Shown: piece by piece, positions 38,783-50,605 of the stretch
How positions within the stretch are numbered: the first letter of the stretch is position 1
How the letters are laid out: the number at the start of each line of letters is the position of its first letter
Assembly: GCA_964188305.1 (NCBI GenBank)
Contig: OZ076890.1
DNA: 64,000 bases
Strand: one strand, 5' to 3'
From: Podarcis bocagei
Taxonomy: Eukaryota
Program-made: the position numbers and the translations under genes
Notes under the pieces: model-generated
Database searches by the model: none
Told to the model about the DNA's origin: nothing
The model's input: the letters and a program-made list of their open reading frames with translations, nothing else

Positions 38783-40010
38783 ATAGAATCAAAGAATTAT
38801 AGAGTTGGAAGGGACCCTGAGGGCCATCTAGTCCAACTCCCTGCAATGCAGGAATCTCAACTAAATCACATGTGAAAAATGCTTGAAAACCTCCAAGGAA
38901 GAAGAGTCCACCACCTCTTGTGAGAGTCTACTCCACTGTCAAATAGCTCTGTCAGAAAGTTATAACTGGTGTTTAGTTGGAATATCCTTTCTTATAACAT
39001 GAATGCATTGGTTCAGGGCCTAGCCTGCAGAGCAGCAGAAAACAAGCTTGCTCCATCTTCCATGTGATAGCCCTTTCTATATATTATGTTGGAGTAGTTA
39101 GGGCAACCCAGTCGAATAGGTGGGGTACAAGATTATTATTATTGAAGATGGCTATCGTATCTCCAACTCCACAATTCTGTGATTCCTCTCAATCTTCTCT
39201 TTACCAAGCTAAACATATCCAATTCCCTCAACTGTTTCTCATAAGGCTTGGTTTCCAGACCCTTTATCATGTTGGTTACCCTCCTCTGCACACATTCAAT
39301 CTTGTAAATATCTTTCTTAAATTGTGCTGCCCAGAACTTGACACAGTACTCCAGGTGTGGTCAGGACTATTACTTCCCTTGATCTGGACACTATCCTTCT
39401 GTTGATGCAGCCTACAACAGCATTTGCTTTCTTTGCTACTACATAACACTGTTGACTCATGTTAAGTTTATGGTCTACTGAGCCTTTTCAGTTATATTAT
39501 TGGTAAACCTAGAGCCTTTTCACATATATTATTTGATAATCCAGGTGGCCTCCATCTTATATTTGTGCAGCTGGTTCTTCCTACCTAAGTATTCACTCAC
39601 CGTTATGGAGGGAATCCCGTTTATTTTCCTCCAATATGCTTAAATTCAGCGTGTTCTCACATCTGATCTGAGATCTACCTAAGTGTAGAACCTTACATTT
39701 GTCCCTAATGAAATTCATTCTTTTAGTTTGGGCCCAGTTCTTCAATCTGTTAAAGTAATCATGAATCCAGATTCTATATTCAGCTGTATTGGCTACCACT
39801 CCCAGTTTGGTGTCATCTGCAAATTTGATGAGCATCCCTTCAACACCTTCATCCAATCATTTATAAAGATGTTGAACAATGGACCTAGGGAGAACCCTGT
39901 GGCCCCTCCCTTGTCCCTTTTTTTCCCCCTGAAGAGGAATCATTAGTGAGCACTCTTTGGATTCGGTCAATCAGCTACAAATTCACCCAACAGTTACCAC
40001 ATCCAGCCCA
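38783..40010 (-). mobile_element. Old degenerate CR1 LINE 3' portion in PKNOX1 intron 1, with nested insertions
   Basis: Reverse-strand RT remnants (MLIKFADDTKLG, DKCKVLHLG) and a CR1 tail (catagaatc) at ~38783. Confidence 0.9.
39591..39674 (-). pseudogene. Retroposed 28S rRNA 5'-end fragment
   Basis: Reverse complement ATCTCAGATCAGATGTGAGAACACGCTGAATTTAAGCATATT-GGAGGAAAATAAAC-GGGATTCCCTCCATAACGGTGAGTGAA resembles the vertebrate 28S 5' end; flanked by 10-bp direct repeat CTACCTAAGT (39581-39590, 39675-39684). Confidence 0.88.
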
Positions 40011-41629
40011 CAATTTTTTTAGCTTTTTTTTAAGATAACACACTGGCAACCAAGGTAAGTGGTACAAATTTGGTGCAATCTGTTCTGACCTCCTAGTCCC
40101 AACTAGTAACAGGATAGCCATATTTTGCACTGCTGAAGTTTCTAAATCATCTTCAAATGCTGCCTCATGTAAAGTTCATTAACATAATCTGTACTGGGTG
40201 GTAACAAGAACATGGACAGTGAGTCAAGTTCTGACCTCTTTAGATAAGGTCACAGTTCTATACCAGCCTCGACTGATTACCAGCTACTAAGGTTATGTGC
40301 ATACTGGCAATAGCAACACCAGTCTCAATCCCCAGTACAGGAGCATCTTTTGCAAGTATTTCACATGGCTCAATTTATATGCAAATCTGAGCTAGTTTTG
40401 CATACCAATCTTTCAGAATCTAGTGTCCTTGAGAATGACTTTATTCTCTTTATTCATGTGAGTCATGACCAAATGTCAATGTTTACTTATTAAACTTATA
40501 GTCAGGGCTCTGCACATATTTTTGTAATGCGACTCACAAGACCAGAATTAAATATCCCGAGAATCTTAGTTTCCCTTAAAAATATGACATTTCTGTTAGG
40601 TTTGCAAAGATAGGCTTGAAAGTATATAGACAATTCTTGCTGACATTGATGGAACAGCTGAACAAGATTGCTGGAGTGCATTTCAAATGGCTTTCTTAAT
40701 GTATCTACCACGCTCTCCCCAAAGTGACCAAGAAAATTATGCAAAATTAGCAAATCCATGCAAATCTGTTACATTTGTTTGATTTATACATGTCAAGAGA
40801 TCAGCCCTTTTTGGTACAGAATATACATTTATTTATATACAGAACTCTTGTATGATAGTTTAGCACAAAACATGCATACTTCCACTTATACCACAAAACT
40901 AGTAAGAACTGTAGACAAAGGCAACAGTCAGTTGCAGATCATCAGCTTGGTGAGGCGATTTCTCCTAGCCTCTGAATTTGAGTGCCTGCAAACCAGCACA
41001 TATCCTTAAAATTTGGTGTTTTTCTTAAATCCCAGCACTGTTGTGTTACATATACTGCTTTTCCTGGTTTTCAAAAATGAATTGAAGGGATGCCCAAGAG
41101 AAGCTCTGAAGCAGTTTTTTCTTCAATGTGTTTTTAAAAGACAGCAGTTACCATTTAAAATTTAAATCATTTTATTTCTTGGTTTCTTGATTAATGCATT
41201 TGAACACTGGAACCTGAACAGGGTTATAGGCAATGACCTAGTGCAAGAATAGTGAACTGGCACCTCATGATGTTTACCAACATCATAATCAAGCTGAGCC
41301 TGGAGAACATGATCACACACACTTTTTTTTAAAAAAAGTGGTACTTGCATCAAGGAAAATGTCATACTTTCCCAGTTCTGTCAGAAGGTGGCACTTGCAC
41401 TTTCAATGCCAGTTCCAAACATATCTTCTCCCATATATAGCCAAGTAAAAAACTGCTAACATTTACTCAGGGGACAGGTGGATGATCTGTTGTTTTAGTC
41501 CTTTCTATCGTGTATGGGTGTATTTACGTCTCCACCACTATTTTTTTATGTGAAATACATATTCCTGGCTTTCATTAGGACTGAAGGCAGGTCACTAAGC
41601 AAATATCTGGGAAAAAAAGAAACGCTCAG

Positions 41630-43000
41630 AAACCAGGAGGCGGCAAAACGCCTCACGTTTATTAGCAACAACCGGGTTACACATAACGACAATTCCCATG
41701 GATTTTCCCAACACTTAACAACGTTGCGTACCCGCCCGCGCCCCTCCGCCCCGGTTTGTGAGGTGAGGAAAAGGAGGGTTGTTTGAAACGACGAAGAAAG
41801 GCTCTTCCCTCACGGGGAGGGAGCCCGAACCGCACTCGAGGAAGCAAACGGACGCGCGGAGCGACCATCAAGCAGCTGCCACCCCACCCCCCCGGCTCTC
41901 CCCGCCGCTTCCGAGTCCACAGCGCAGGAATGTCCCCGAAAATGGCCCCCTTTTAAATACCGCCCTCCGCGCCGCCTCGCGCCACAAACAGCTGTTGCCC
42001 TTTCCCTCCCCCCCATACCTACTCCACCCCCTGAGGCGCGCGACACCTTCCCCTTCCACAGAGTGAGCGCGCGCGCGCACGCGCCGCCTCCTACAAAAGC
42101 CAACGGCCAGTCGGCGGCTGTTCCAGAAATTTCCTTACTCCCCCCTCCCCTCCCTTTCCTCGCGCCTGCCTGCCGACGCCCCTAACCCCCCCCCCCTCCG
42201 GGTAGGTTACGGTGCGGATGCCCCCGCCCCGCTATTCCGTATGGCGGGCTCGCCTCCCCCCACTCTGCCCCACATCCCCGGGCCTGTTTGCGCGGCGGAG
42301 CCAAGACGGCCGACAGCGGCGGCGGGCGCGCCGTGATGGATGGCTGGCTGGCTGGGAGCAGGTTTGAGTGACAGCGCTTACCTGGGTGCCAATCTTCGTC
42401 ACACTGACAAGCGGCTGCAGCAATCGGGACCCGCACCGCCGCGACGCGCGTCACCACGCACACACGGCCTCATCCAATCGCCTGCCGCGCTGCGCCGGAC
42501 GCCACCGCGCTGCACCAGGCGTCTCATCAATATTCAGCGAGGGAGCGGGGCACGTCTGTTTTTAGATACGCCCACCGCGACGCACGCCTCGGTGAAGGGG
42601 CGGGGCGGTGGCAAAGGTGCCGCCCTCGGGCCTCTGCGCGCGGCCGCAGCATGCTTATGAATACTCATGAAGTGGGCGGGGGGCGCCACGCACCTCTCTT
42701 CGGACGTCCTTTCCCGCTTCCTTCAGTTTGGTCTGGAGGGACTCGGAGGTGGAAGGGGTGCTTGAGGCGGCGGCGTGGCGGGTGGGGCGTCGTCGGCAAA
42801 AGGCTCCGTCCCTTGGGAGCCATTTAGCCCACAGGCCGAAGCCGCGCATGACGTCAGCTGCCTTTTCCCACAGTGGGAGATGGCCGAGGCGAGCCCCGTG
42901 GGCCGAGATGCGAGGGGAGCCCTTGGCTGACCAGTGCCGTGAGGAAGCCGCGACTTCCTTCGTGTTATTATCTCACTTACCCTACGTAAGAGGTGGATGA
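41630..43000. promoter_or_regulatory. PKNOX1: CpG island / PKNOX1 promoter
   Basis: Very GC- and CpG-rich; GC box GGGGCGGGGC 42597-42606, CCAAT 42474-42478, CRE TGACGTCA 42849-42856. Confidence 0.9.
42382..42470 (-). other. PKNOX1: PKNOX1 non-coding exon 1 (5' end approximate)
   Basis: Strong donor CAG|GTAAGC at 42382/42381 inside the CpG island. Confidence 0.7.
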
Positions 43001-44212
43001 GCTCTAAAACAGTAATTTTTTAGGAAAAATGGAGAAGCAAAACAGGCGCACATTCCCCCCCCCCTTTCCAGTATTTTTAACTTTCGGCTTCAGTTATTGG
43101 GAAGAAAGCAGCCTCGGGTGGCGATCAGCAGTACCGGACTGTTGGTTGTGACTTTGCCATTCTTTATTCGGATCGTGTTGCTCATTGGCAAGCAAGACCA
43201 CTGAAAACGGCAGAAGGATTGCGGCCCATCTCTCCTCAAAATGCTACTTATCCTTTATACAGTAGTTCGATAACAGGTAGTTAAAGGGCTGGGGAGCTAT
43301 ACATAAAATTTTAGGAGCTTAACTGAGAACAGTCATACATACTAGTTTCTGCTTTTGATTGGGATTTTTAAATTTTTAACGTATTTGTATCTTGGCCTTC
43401 CCCTATAAAAACTTTGTTAGAGAAAGGTGAGTGAAAACAAAGCATGGGAAACATCTCTGGAAGCCAGCCCTTCTCTACTTTCGCTTCCAGCCTTCTCTGG
43501 TTTGAAAGAAGGTGGGGATAAAAGAAAATGCACACCCTTGACATGTTGTATATCTGGCCTCTTCAGTTGCTGTTTTACTTTCCACTGAATCCTACAGAAG
43601 TGAGCACCACCTCCTTGATCTGTGCTCATATGAGAAAATAGGCTTTTGCCCATAAAAGCTCATCAGAACTAGTTCTTAGCAGAGATGTGTAAACTACAAA
43701 CATTTGGTAGACGTGAATAGGGATCTACCTACTTATATAAACATTTAGTTCTTCGTTTGCAGGGACAACAAACTGTTGCTTACCTTGAGCCTCCAGGCAT
43801 AAATTGGGTAGATTAATAAATAAATGATCCATCTATTTTCCTTTCACAATGGCTGGAGTTTCGTAAACGTTGGGACTTTAGAGTATATATTATTAGGCTT
43901 GAGCTGCTGTGCCCAGCTGTCTATTCCCATTAAAAACAATGCAACTGTGTTGGATGTTAAAGGCTGTGGGCTAGCAATCAGGCAACCTTTTCAAAATAAA
44001 ATTGATAACAAAACTTGTATGTTATTTATTAAGAAATCTAAACATTTGTAAAAGAAAAAAATACTGCTGCACCTTCAAGACTAGACGACTTATTGTGGCA
44101 CAAACTGTCCATAAGACTCTTTCATCAGATAGAAAAATTAGTGCCAAACATTTTACCACTTGGGTTGGAATAGGCCAGATACCTTACAATAAGTCTAGCA
44201 GTGCTCATGCTT

Positions 44213-45316
44213 TTTTTTTTATAATAATTTTTATTGCTTTTTTTCCAAATTACAGATAGAAAAGAAAGAACATAGACAGTAAAAAGAAAGAAAAAGAAAA
44301 CAGAGAATCTCAACCATTTCATTAACTTATTTCAGAATTCTATCAGACTTCCCCACATCTCCCGCACAATGCATTCCTAACAATAAAATTATCAGCAAAT
44401 TATAACCTTGTTTCATGTGTTTCTTTTTTACTTTCAATTGCAGTTTAAGTTTAAATCTCTTGTTTTCCATTTACTCTTAAAATATAACATATTGTCATTT
44501 TTACCCATTTAAACCTTAATTCTTTCATAAAAATTATCCAATTTCTTATATAAACCACTTTTGTTGCTGGGGCTAACATTCCAAATCATACAGCGTCTTA
44601 AGATTCATATAACTTATAATACTTTTGCAAATAGTCCTTAAATTTTTTCCAATCCTCCTCCATAGCTTCTTCTCCCAGATCTCGGATCCTTGCAGTCATC
44701 TCGGCTAGTTCCATGTAGTTCATCAGTTGCGTCTGCCAGTCCTCCAGTGTGGGCAAATCTTGAGTCTTCCAATGCTTAGCAATAAGAATCCTTGCTGCAG
44801 TAGTAGCGTACATGAAAAGAGTTCTATCCTTCTTTAACACCTTCTGGCCGACAATGCCCAGGAGGAATGCCTCCGGTTTCTTAGGGAAAGTGTATTTAAA
44901 CACCTTTTTTAACTCGTTATATATCATTTCCCAGAAGGCCTTCACTCTTGGGCAGGTCCACCAGAGGTGAAAGACTGTCCCTTCAGCCTCCTTACATTTC
45001 CAGCATTTATTATCGGACAAATGGTAAATCTTAGCAAGCTTGACTGGGGTCATGTACCACCTGTATACCATTTTCATAATGTTTTCTTTCAAGGCATTAC
45101 ATGCCGTAAACTTCATACCGGTGGTCCATAACCTTTCCCAGTCCTCAGACATGATGTTATAACCAATGTCCTGAGCCCATTTTATCATGGCTGATTTAAC
45201 TGTCTCGTCCTGAGTGTTCCATTTAAGCAGCAAGTTATACATTCTCGATAATAGCTTGGTCTTTGGTTCTAACAATTCTGTCTCAAGTTTCGATTTTTCC
45301 ACCTGGAATCCTGTTT
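44213..45316 (-). mobile_element. 5'-truncated L1-clade (L1/Tx1) LINE: ORF2 C-terminal CCHC zinc finger, 3' UTR and poly(A)
   Basis: Open frame with CWKC...HLWWTC (zf-RVT-like) to stop at 44598; AATAAA at 44230-44235 and A-tail; 17-bp TSD TAGCAGTGCTCATGCTT (44196-44212, 45317-45333). Confidence 0.95.
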
Positions 45317-45551
45317 TAGCAGTGCTCATGCTTGCACATGAGCAAACTTTAAGGGAACAGATAAATATTTAAACAGGCAGAATTAGAGAATTGCATCCAA
45401 TGATAGCTTCCAGCTAGCAAATACGCTTCCTGTGTTAAGCAAGGCACTTGGGTTTTACTCACAATTTTTACCCAGCGCAGCCCTTTGGGTCTCCCAAAAT
45501 CTGCTCCTGGTGGTTGGGAGACCCTCTGGAGCAGAAGGGGATTTGATAAGG

Positions 45552-45795
45552 CAGAGGTCAGCAACCTTTTTCAGCCGTGGTCCACCATCCCTCAGACCAT
45601 GTGGTGGGCTGGACTGTATTTTGGGGAAAAAATGAATGAATTCCTATGCCCCACAAATAACCCAGAGATGCATTTTAAATAAAAGCACACATTCTACTCA
45701 TGTAAAAACACACTGATTCCCGGACCTTCCAGGGGCCGGATTGAGAAGGTGATTGGGCCACACCTGGCCCCCGGGCCTCAGGTTGCCTACCCCTG
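45552..45795. mobile_element. hAT-type MITE
   Basis: CAGAGGTCAGCAACC...GGTTGCCTACCCCTG termini; imperfect 8-bp TSD tgataagg/caataagg. Confidence 0.8.
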
Positions 45796-48700
45796 CAATA
45801 AGGCATAAACAGAAGGTTGAAGGTTGCAATTGGTAGTTAGAATTAATGAAAATAGAGTTCCTCTCCTTGCATCAGTTGAACCGTTTTATTATCACAAAGC
45901 CACTATCGGAAACAACCAATAGTATTTTCCCACAAATTATTGTTGAGTATTTATTTACTGTTTTATATGTTCAAGGGCATTACCCCCCCAAAAGTAAGCA
46001 GATATTGCAAACTTTGTGATAAATGAAAATTTATAAATGTGTACATGGGAGTAACCGTTGTTCAGCTAACCATCTTTAGACTAAGGTAGGCAAAACCAGC
46101 TGGGTCTTTAGACTCAAGGAAAATTCCAGTATGGCATCAGCAACCAGGATATAACAATAATTCTATTTGTAATGTTTCTAGGTATCTCACAGTGTTGTAA
46201 AGTATCAGAGCAGGTAGCATTTCTACAACAGAAAAAAGTAAGGACATAAAATAAAAACATAGCCACTTTTAAAATAACTCCCTGTTGGCTTAACTCCCAG
46301 CCACCAAATGCCCGTCCAAATGAAAAAGGGCTGGCATTGCTTTTGGAAAATGCTTGAGCTTTGGCGAAACTCCAAAAGAGAGGAGAAGCAGTTGCTGTGA
46401 TTGCCTCTCCAGGTGTCCTTGACCTTCATAGGTTTTGTACAGCTGATATTGCAATAAAGGCCATCTTAGTAGGTCTGAATGATCAAGTAAAAAAGAAAGA
46501 AAGAAAGAAAGCGAAAGAATTAAGTGCAGTTTCTACTTAGCTAATGGTTGCAAATTTTCGCATTTAAGTCCTGTTTTAAAGCTTTTGAGGCTTCCTGAAC
46601 TCTTGGGATATAAATATAAAGTGCTGTACAACCAAATATCTACTGGGAGTAGATACAGTGATCTCAATTGGTCTACTATGAGTAAGACTTAATTGGATGT
46701 CACCCATAATAAGTCACACATTTCCTCTATTTCAAGTCTATTGGTCACTGTCATGTTTAACAGGTGGTGCTAACAGCTGCTGTTCACCAACGCCACCTTG
46801 GTCATACATAATGTGCATAGTAAATACTTGCAATACCTTCTTCCAAATGCAGAAGGAAACCACCGTGTCTTTTGATGAGGGCCGGGGAGAAAATAGTTGC
46901 ACCAAAAACATTGTGAAACTGATCCAGTGTCATGACCCCACCACCACAAAAAAAGTATTTTGTTAAGTTATACTGCTAATTAGTTAACACATTTTCTTAA
47001 GGATAAGTTCCCTTTAACTCAATTGTTAAACCTCTGACTCCCCTACAAATTATAGCATGGGGCACCTTTTAAGCCTTTGGGTTTGCATTTATGCAATACA
47101 TTCCTTTTTTAAAAAAAAAAGAGTAAGAAAATAAAGTGTAAAAAAGGGTTTTCCATAGTATTTCAGGTTTAAAAACAGGGTTGCATGGAATGGTACATTG
47201 TGTCTTTTATACTTTTTTTAAACTCTTCATCACTGCCCTTTGTTTGGAAGGTATTTAACTCTGCACTTCTCAAGTGAACAGTTGAAAGGACAGTCTGTAA
47301 AAGAATTTTCCTTTAGATATTCAGTGGCTGTCCATTATATGTTACTTCTTCTGCTTGGGATTCTTTTCTCTAAGCATGTCTGCCTACTTCTCCGTGTTCT
47401 GGTAGTAACACAAATGACTAAGGATTTAGCTGAAAGTACTAGGGGAAACTGATTCCCACTGTAATTCTGGTTCTATTCTGGAGAACAAGCTGCTGTCTTG
47501 TCTGGTAGAGCAGTCAGAATAACGCATTTTTAACTAAAGCACGAAAGAGCCAAGTGTGAATAATGGGGTTACTATGTAGTCATGACAGCAGAATGCTGAC
47601 ATGATACTCAAGAGAGCAATGGACATGGGGCCAGAGTTTCACTAGAAATCATGTCACTTACTGGTTAATTACTGAAGGATTCCCATGAAGGAAGGGAGAA
47701 AGAAAAGGAAGGATTAAGAAACAGTTGATCAGCAAACTTCAGTTTCCAAGGAAGAGAAAGGAAGTTTGCAGCAAGGCAGAGAAAGATTTAGACTGCGTAA
47801 ATGATTTAAAGAGAAGGAAACAATTGTTAGCCATTTATTCTGTCTGAATCTCAGGAAGGAGGCTGTTTCAGGGAGGCGAGGATGAACATAGCATGTGGTT
47901 TACTGCCATTTAACAACAAAACATCATGATGAAGAATTGAAACAACCCATTTCAAAGTGAGTGATGTGTATTATAAATGATCAGCCTCATTCTGAGCCAG
48001 CACAGTTTTGATTGGATTAAAAGACTGTGTGACAATCGCCTTCCTGCCATGCAATAAACATAATGGCTGCAAGATCCACATTTTAAATTGGGCCAGATTA
48101 AAGCTGGTAGGAGTCCTAGGGTACAAATTAAATGGAAGTCCTTGTGACATACAACAACAAAAAAACTTCATTTGCAGTAGAGAAATATACTGGAACACTG
48201 GATCTAGATCAGAGATGGGGAAGCTGTGCCTCCCCAGATATTGCTGGGCTACAGCTCTCATCACCCCTGACGGTTGGTCATACTAGTTGGGGCTGAAGAG
48301 AGTGAAAGGGTCAAACTTGGAGGGTCACAAGCTCCCCAGTCCTGGATAAAGAGCTTTATTCTGCTTCCAGTTTCCTCCTAGCTCAACACCAGCTCAAAGC
48401 CTCTTCACCAGCTGCGTTTTAAAAAAATCACTAAAAAATGCTGTAATGAAAAGAAAACCATTTTATGGCGGATTCTTTCCCTCATATTCTCTCTCTATAT
48501 AATTTTTTTCTGTTTTACAATTTCAAATACTCACTTTACATCCTTAAAATATAAACGATTCTTTCACTCGTCTGGGCTATGGCATTGCTATGCTTAATTC
48601 TGCTAGAAGGTATTCTATGGATAGAGGAACAGCAGCTTTTCTAGGGCCCATAAAGAGCCAGAGAAAGGTTTGCTGCATGGTTGCCTTGGTATGCGCTACA

Positions 48701-50164
48701 AAGTGCTTAATCTAGCCCTTAAATTGTCTAAATTGAGGGTCATTTGGGCAATCTTTTTTGCAGGCTTCTTGATTACAAAGGAACTTTTCCCTACGCCATG
48801 TGAACTTCCTTTCTTCCTGTTCCTTTGATCTTCTTCAGGGCTGAAGAGGAGAGTGAGCACTTCCAGATGAACAGTGGGCTTTGTTTCCTTAAGGTTACAT
48901 TTAGGAAAGTTTGAAAGTTGCTTCCTGGATTGAGGGAAACTCGTTGAGGCACAGCTTTAGGAAAGTTGGGCCCAATTTTTAGATATACATCGCATACACC
49001 GCAACATACTGGCAGTATAGTGGCTTTGCTCCTACACAATAGGGGAGCAAAGATATACTGCAATAACTCCCTATTAGCCATAATCATTCTTATTCTGGAA
49101 ATCCACTGATTTCATTCTACCAGGCGGGGACCACCACCCCAAGACCCTGTCCAGGAAGCTGACAAGAAATATTTACCGGTGCTTTTCCTGTGGATCCCGT
49201 GATAATAGTTGTAACATGTTGAGTGGGCAATTTAATGGTCACATAACGCTTATGGCAGGCCTTTGTACAAACTTATTGGAACTATGGGAATTCTGATCAC
49301 AAAAAGGGCCTTCCTTCTCTTTCCCTTTTGGTGTTGTGTGTTTTAGATTGTAAACCTGTGGGCAGGGACTGTCTTGTTTTAACTGAATGTATGTAAGCGC
49401 TCTAGGAAAGCCTTTTTGGCTGAAGCTTGGGCACAAATGCTTAAAACAAATTAAAAGGGGCCTCTGCTCCGCAAAGTTTTCCTCTATAGTCACTTTCTCA
49501 GTCAAGCTGTTAAAATAACAAGAAAGACGTGTAGGTTAACTGTCTTGCTGGTCTGATACAATGTAACTCAAACAAAGAGCACTTTGTCAGGTCAATACTA
49601 ATATTTTCTGGCTGTTACAATTCTGCGCACTGTAACAGAAATACGCATAGGGAACATGCTTGGCTTTTCCTTAGAAGTCAATGGATGAGTATAATAATGA
49701 TTTTAATTGAACTGGAACGGTAATAAAAGGGTTTTTACAAGTTTGTAAATAAAAATGGAGACATGTTCCCATCCTGTATGACATTAAAAAAATTCTCTTT
49801 CCTTTGGCTTAATTCTTTTGTGGGTGAAATGTTTTGGTTTGAACTGTTTAATTCGTCTTCTATAATTTTACTCATTTCATTCATTAATTTATGCACCACT
49901 TGATTGAAGGGAAAAAAAACCTCAAAACTGTTTACAAAAAGAATAAAACAATGACATTATCAGCAAAAATAGTTTAAAATTACTTAAAACATTCAGAAAA
50001 TGATTAAAACCAACAAGTTGAAAACAGGTAAAAACACATGTCAGTATTTTGCATATATGGATAGGTTTGCCTAAACAAAAATGCATAAATTGTATTATTC
50101 TTTTGCAACATACCATGTGTCCATATGATGAAGCGTATGCAAGAGTGCTTGTGAATGAAAAAAT

Positions 50165-50605
50165 AAAGTCATCCTCAAATATTTGAAGGGCTGTCACATA
50201 GATTATGGGAAACAGGGTTTTCTGTTGCTTCAGAGGGTAGGCTTCAAATTGCCAGAAAAGTGTTATTAGAGTAACTTAGTATGAGTTGTTTGTCAGTGAA
50301 GCAGACTCTTGGAGAGACTCTTTTTTGTTAAACATTTTAGAACTGAACTGGGATGGCCACTTATGGCATACTGGAATAGTGGGGGATTTCCTGCAGTGAT
50401 AGAGGGTTGGGCTGGATCAGGCAGGCATAGGAAAACTCGACCCTCCAGATGTTTTGGGACTACAACTCCCATCATCCCTAGCTAACAGGACCAGTGGTCA
50501 GGGATGATTGGAATTGTAGTCTCAAAACATCTGGAGGGTTGAGTTTGCCTATGCCTGGGCTAGATGAGCTTCAAGAGCCTTCCCTCTCTTATTCTAAACC
50601 TATGA
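50165..50605 (+). mobile_element. Degraded CR1 3' end with nested hAT MITE (50422-50557)
   Basis: CR1 tail remnants (caaatatttgaagggctgtcacatag; gggggatttcctgca...gggttgg) interrupted by CAGGCATAGG...CCTATGCCTG. Confidence 0.7.

Noticed and set aside
41514-43000. Many Arg/Pro/Gly-rich ORFs on both strands
   Set aside because: Expected artefact of a GC-rich CpG island.
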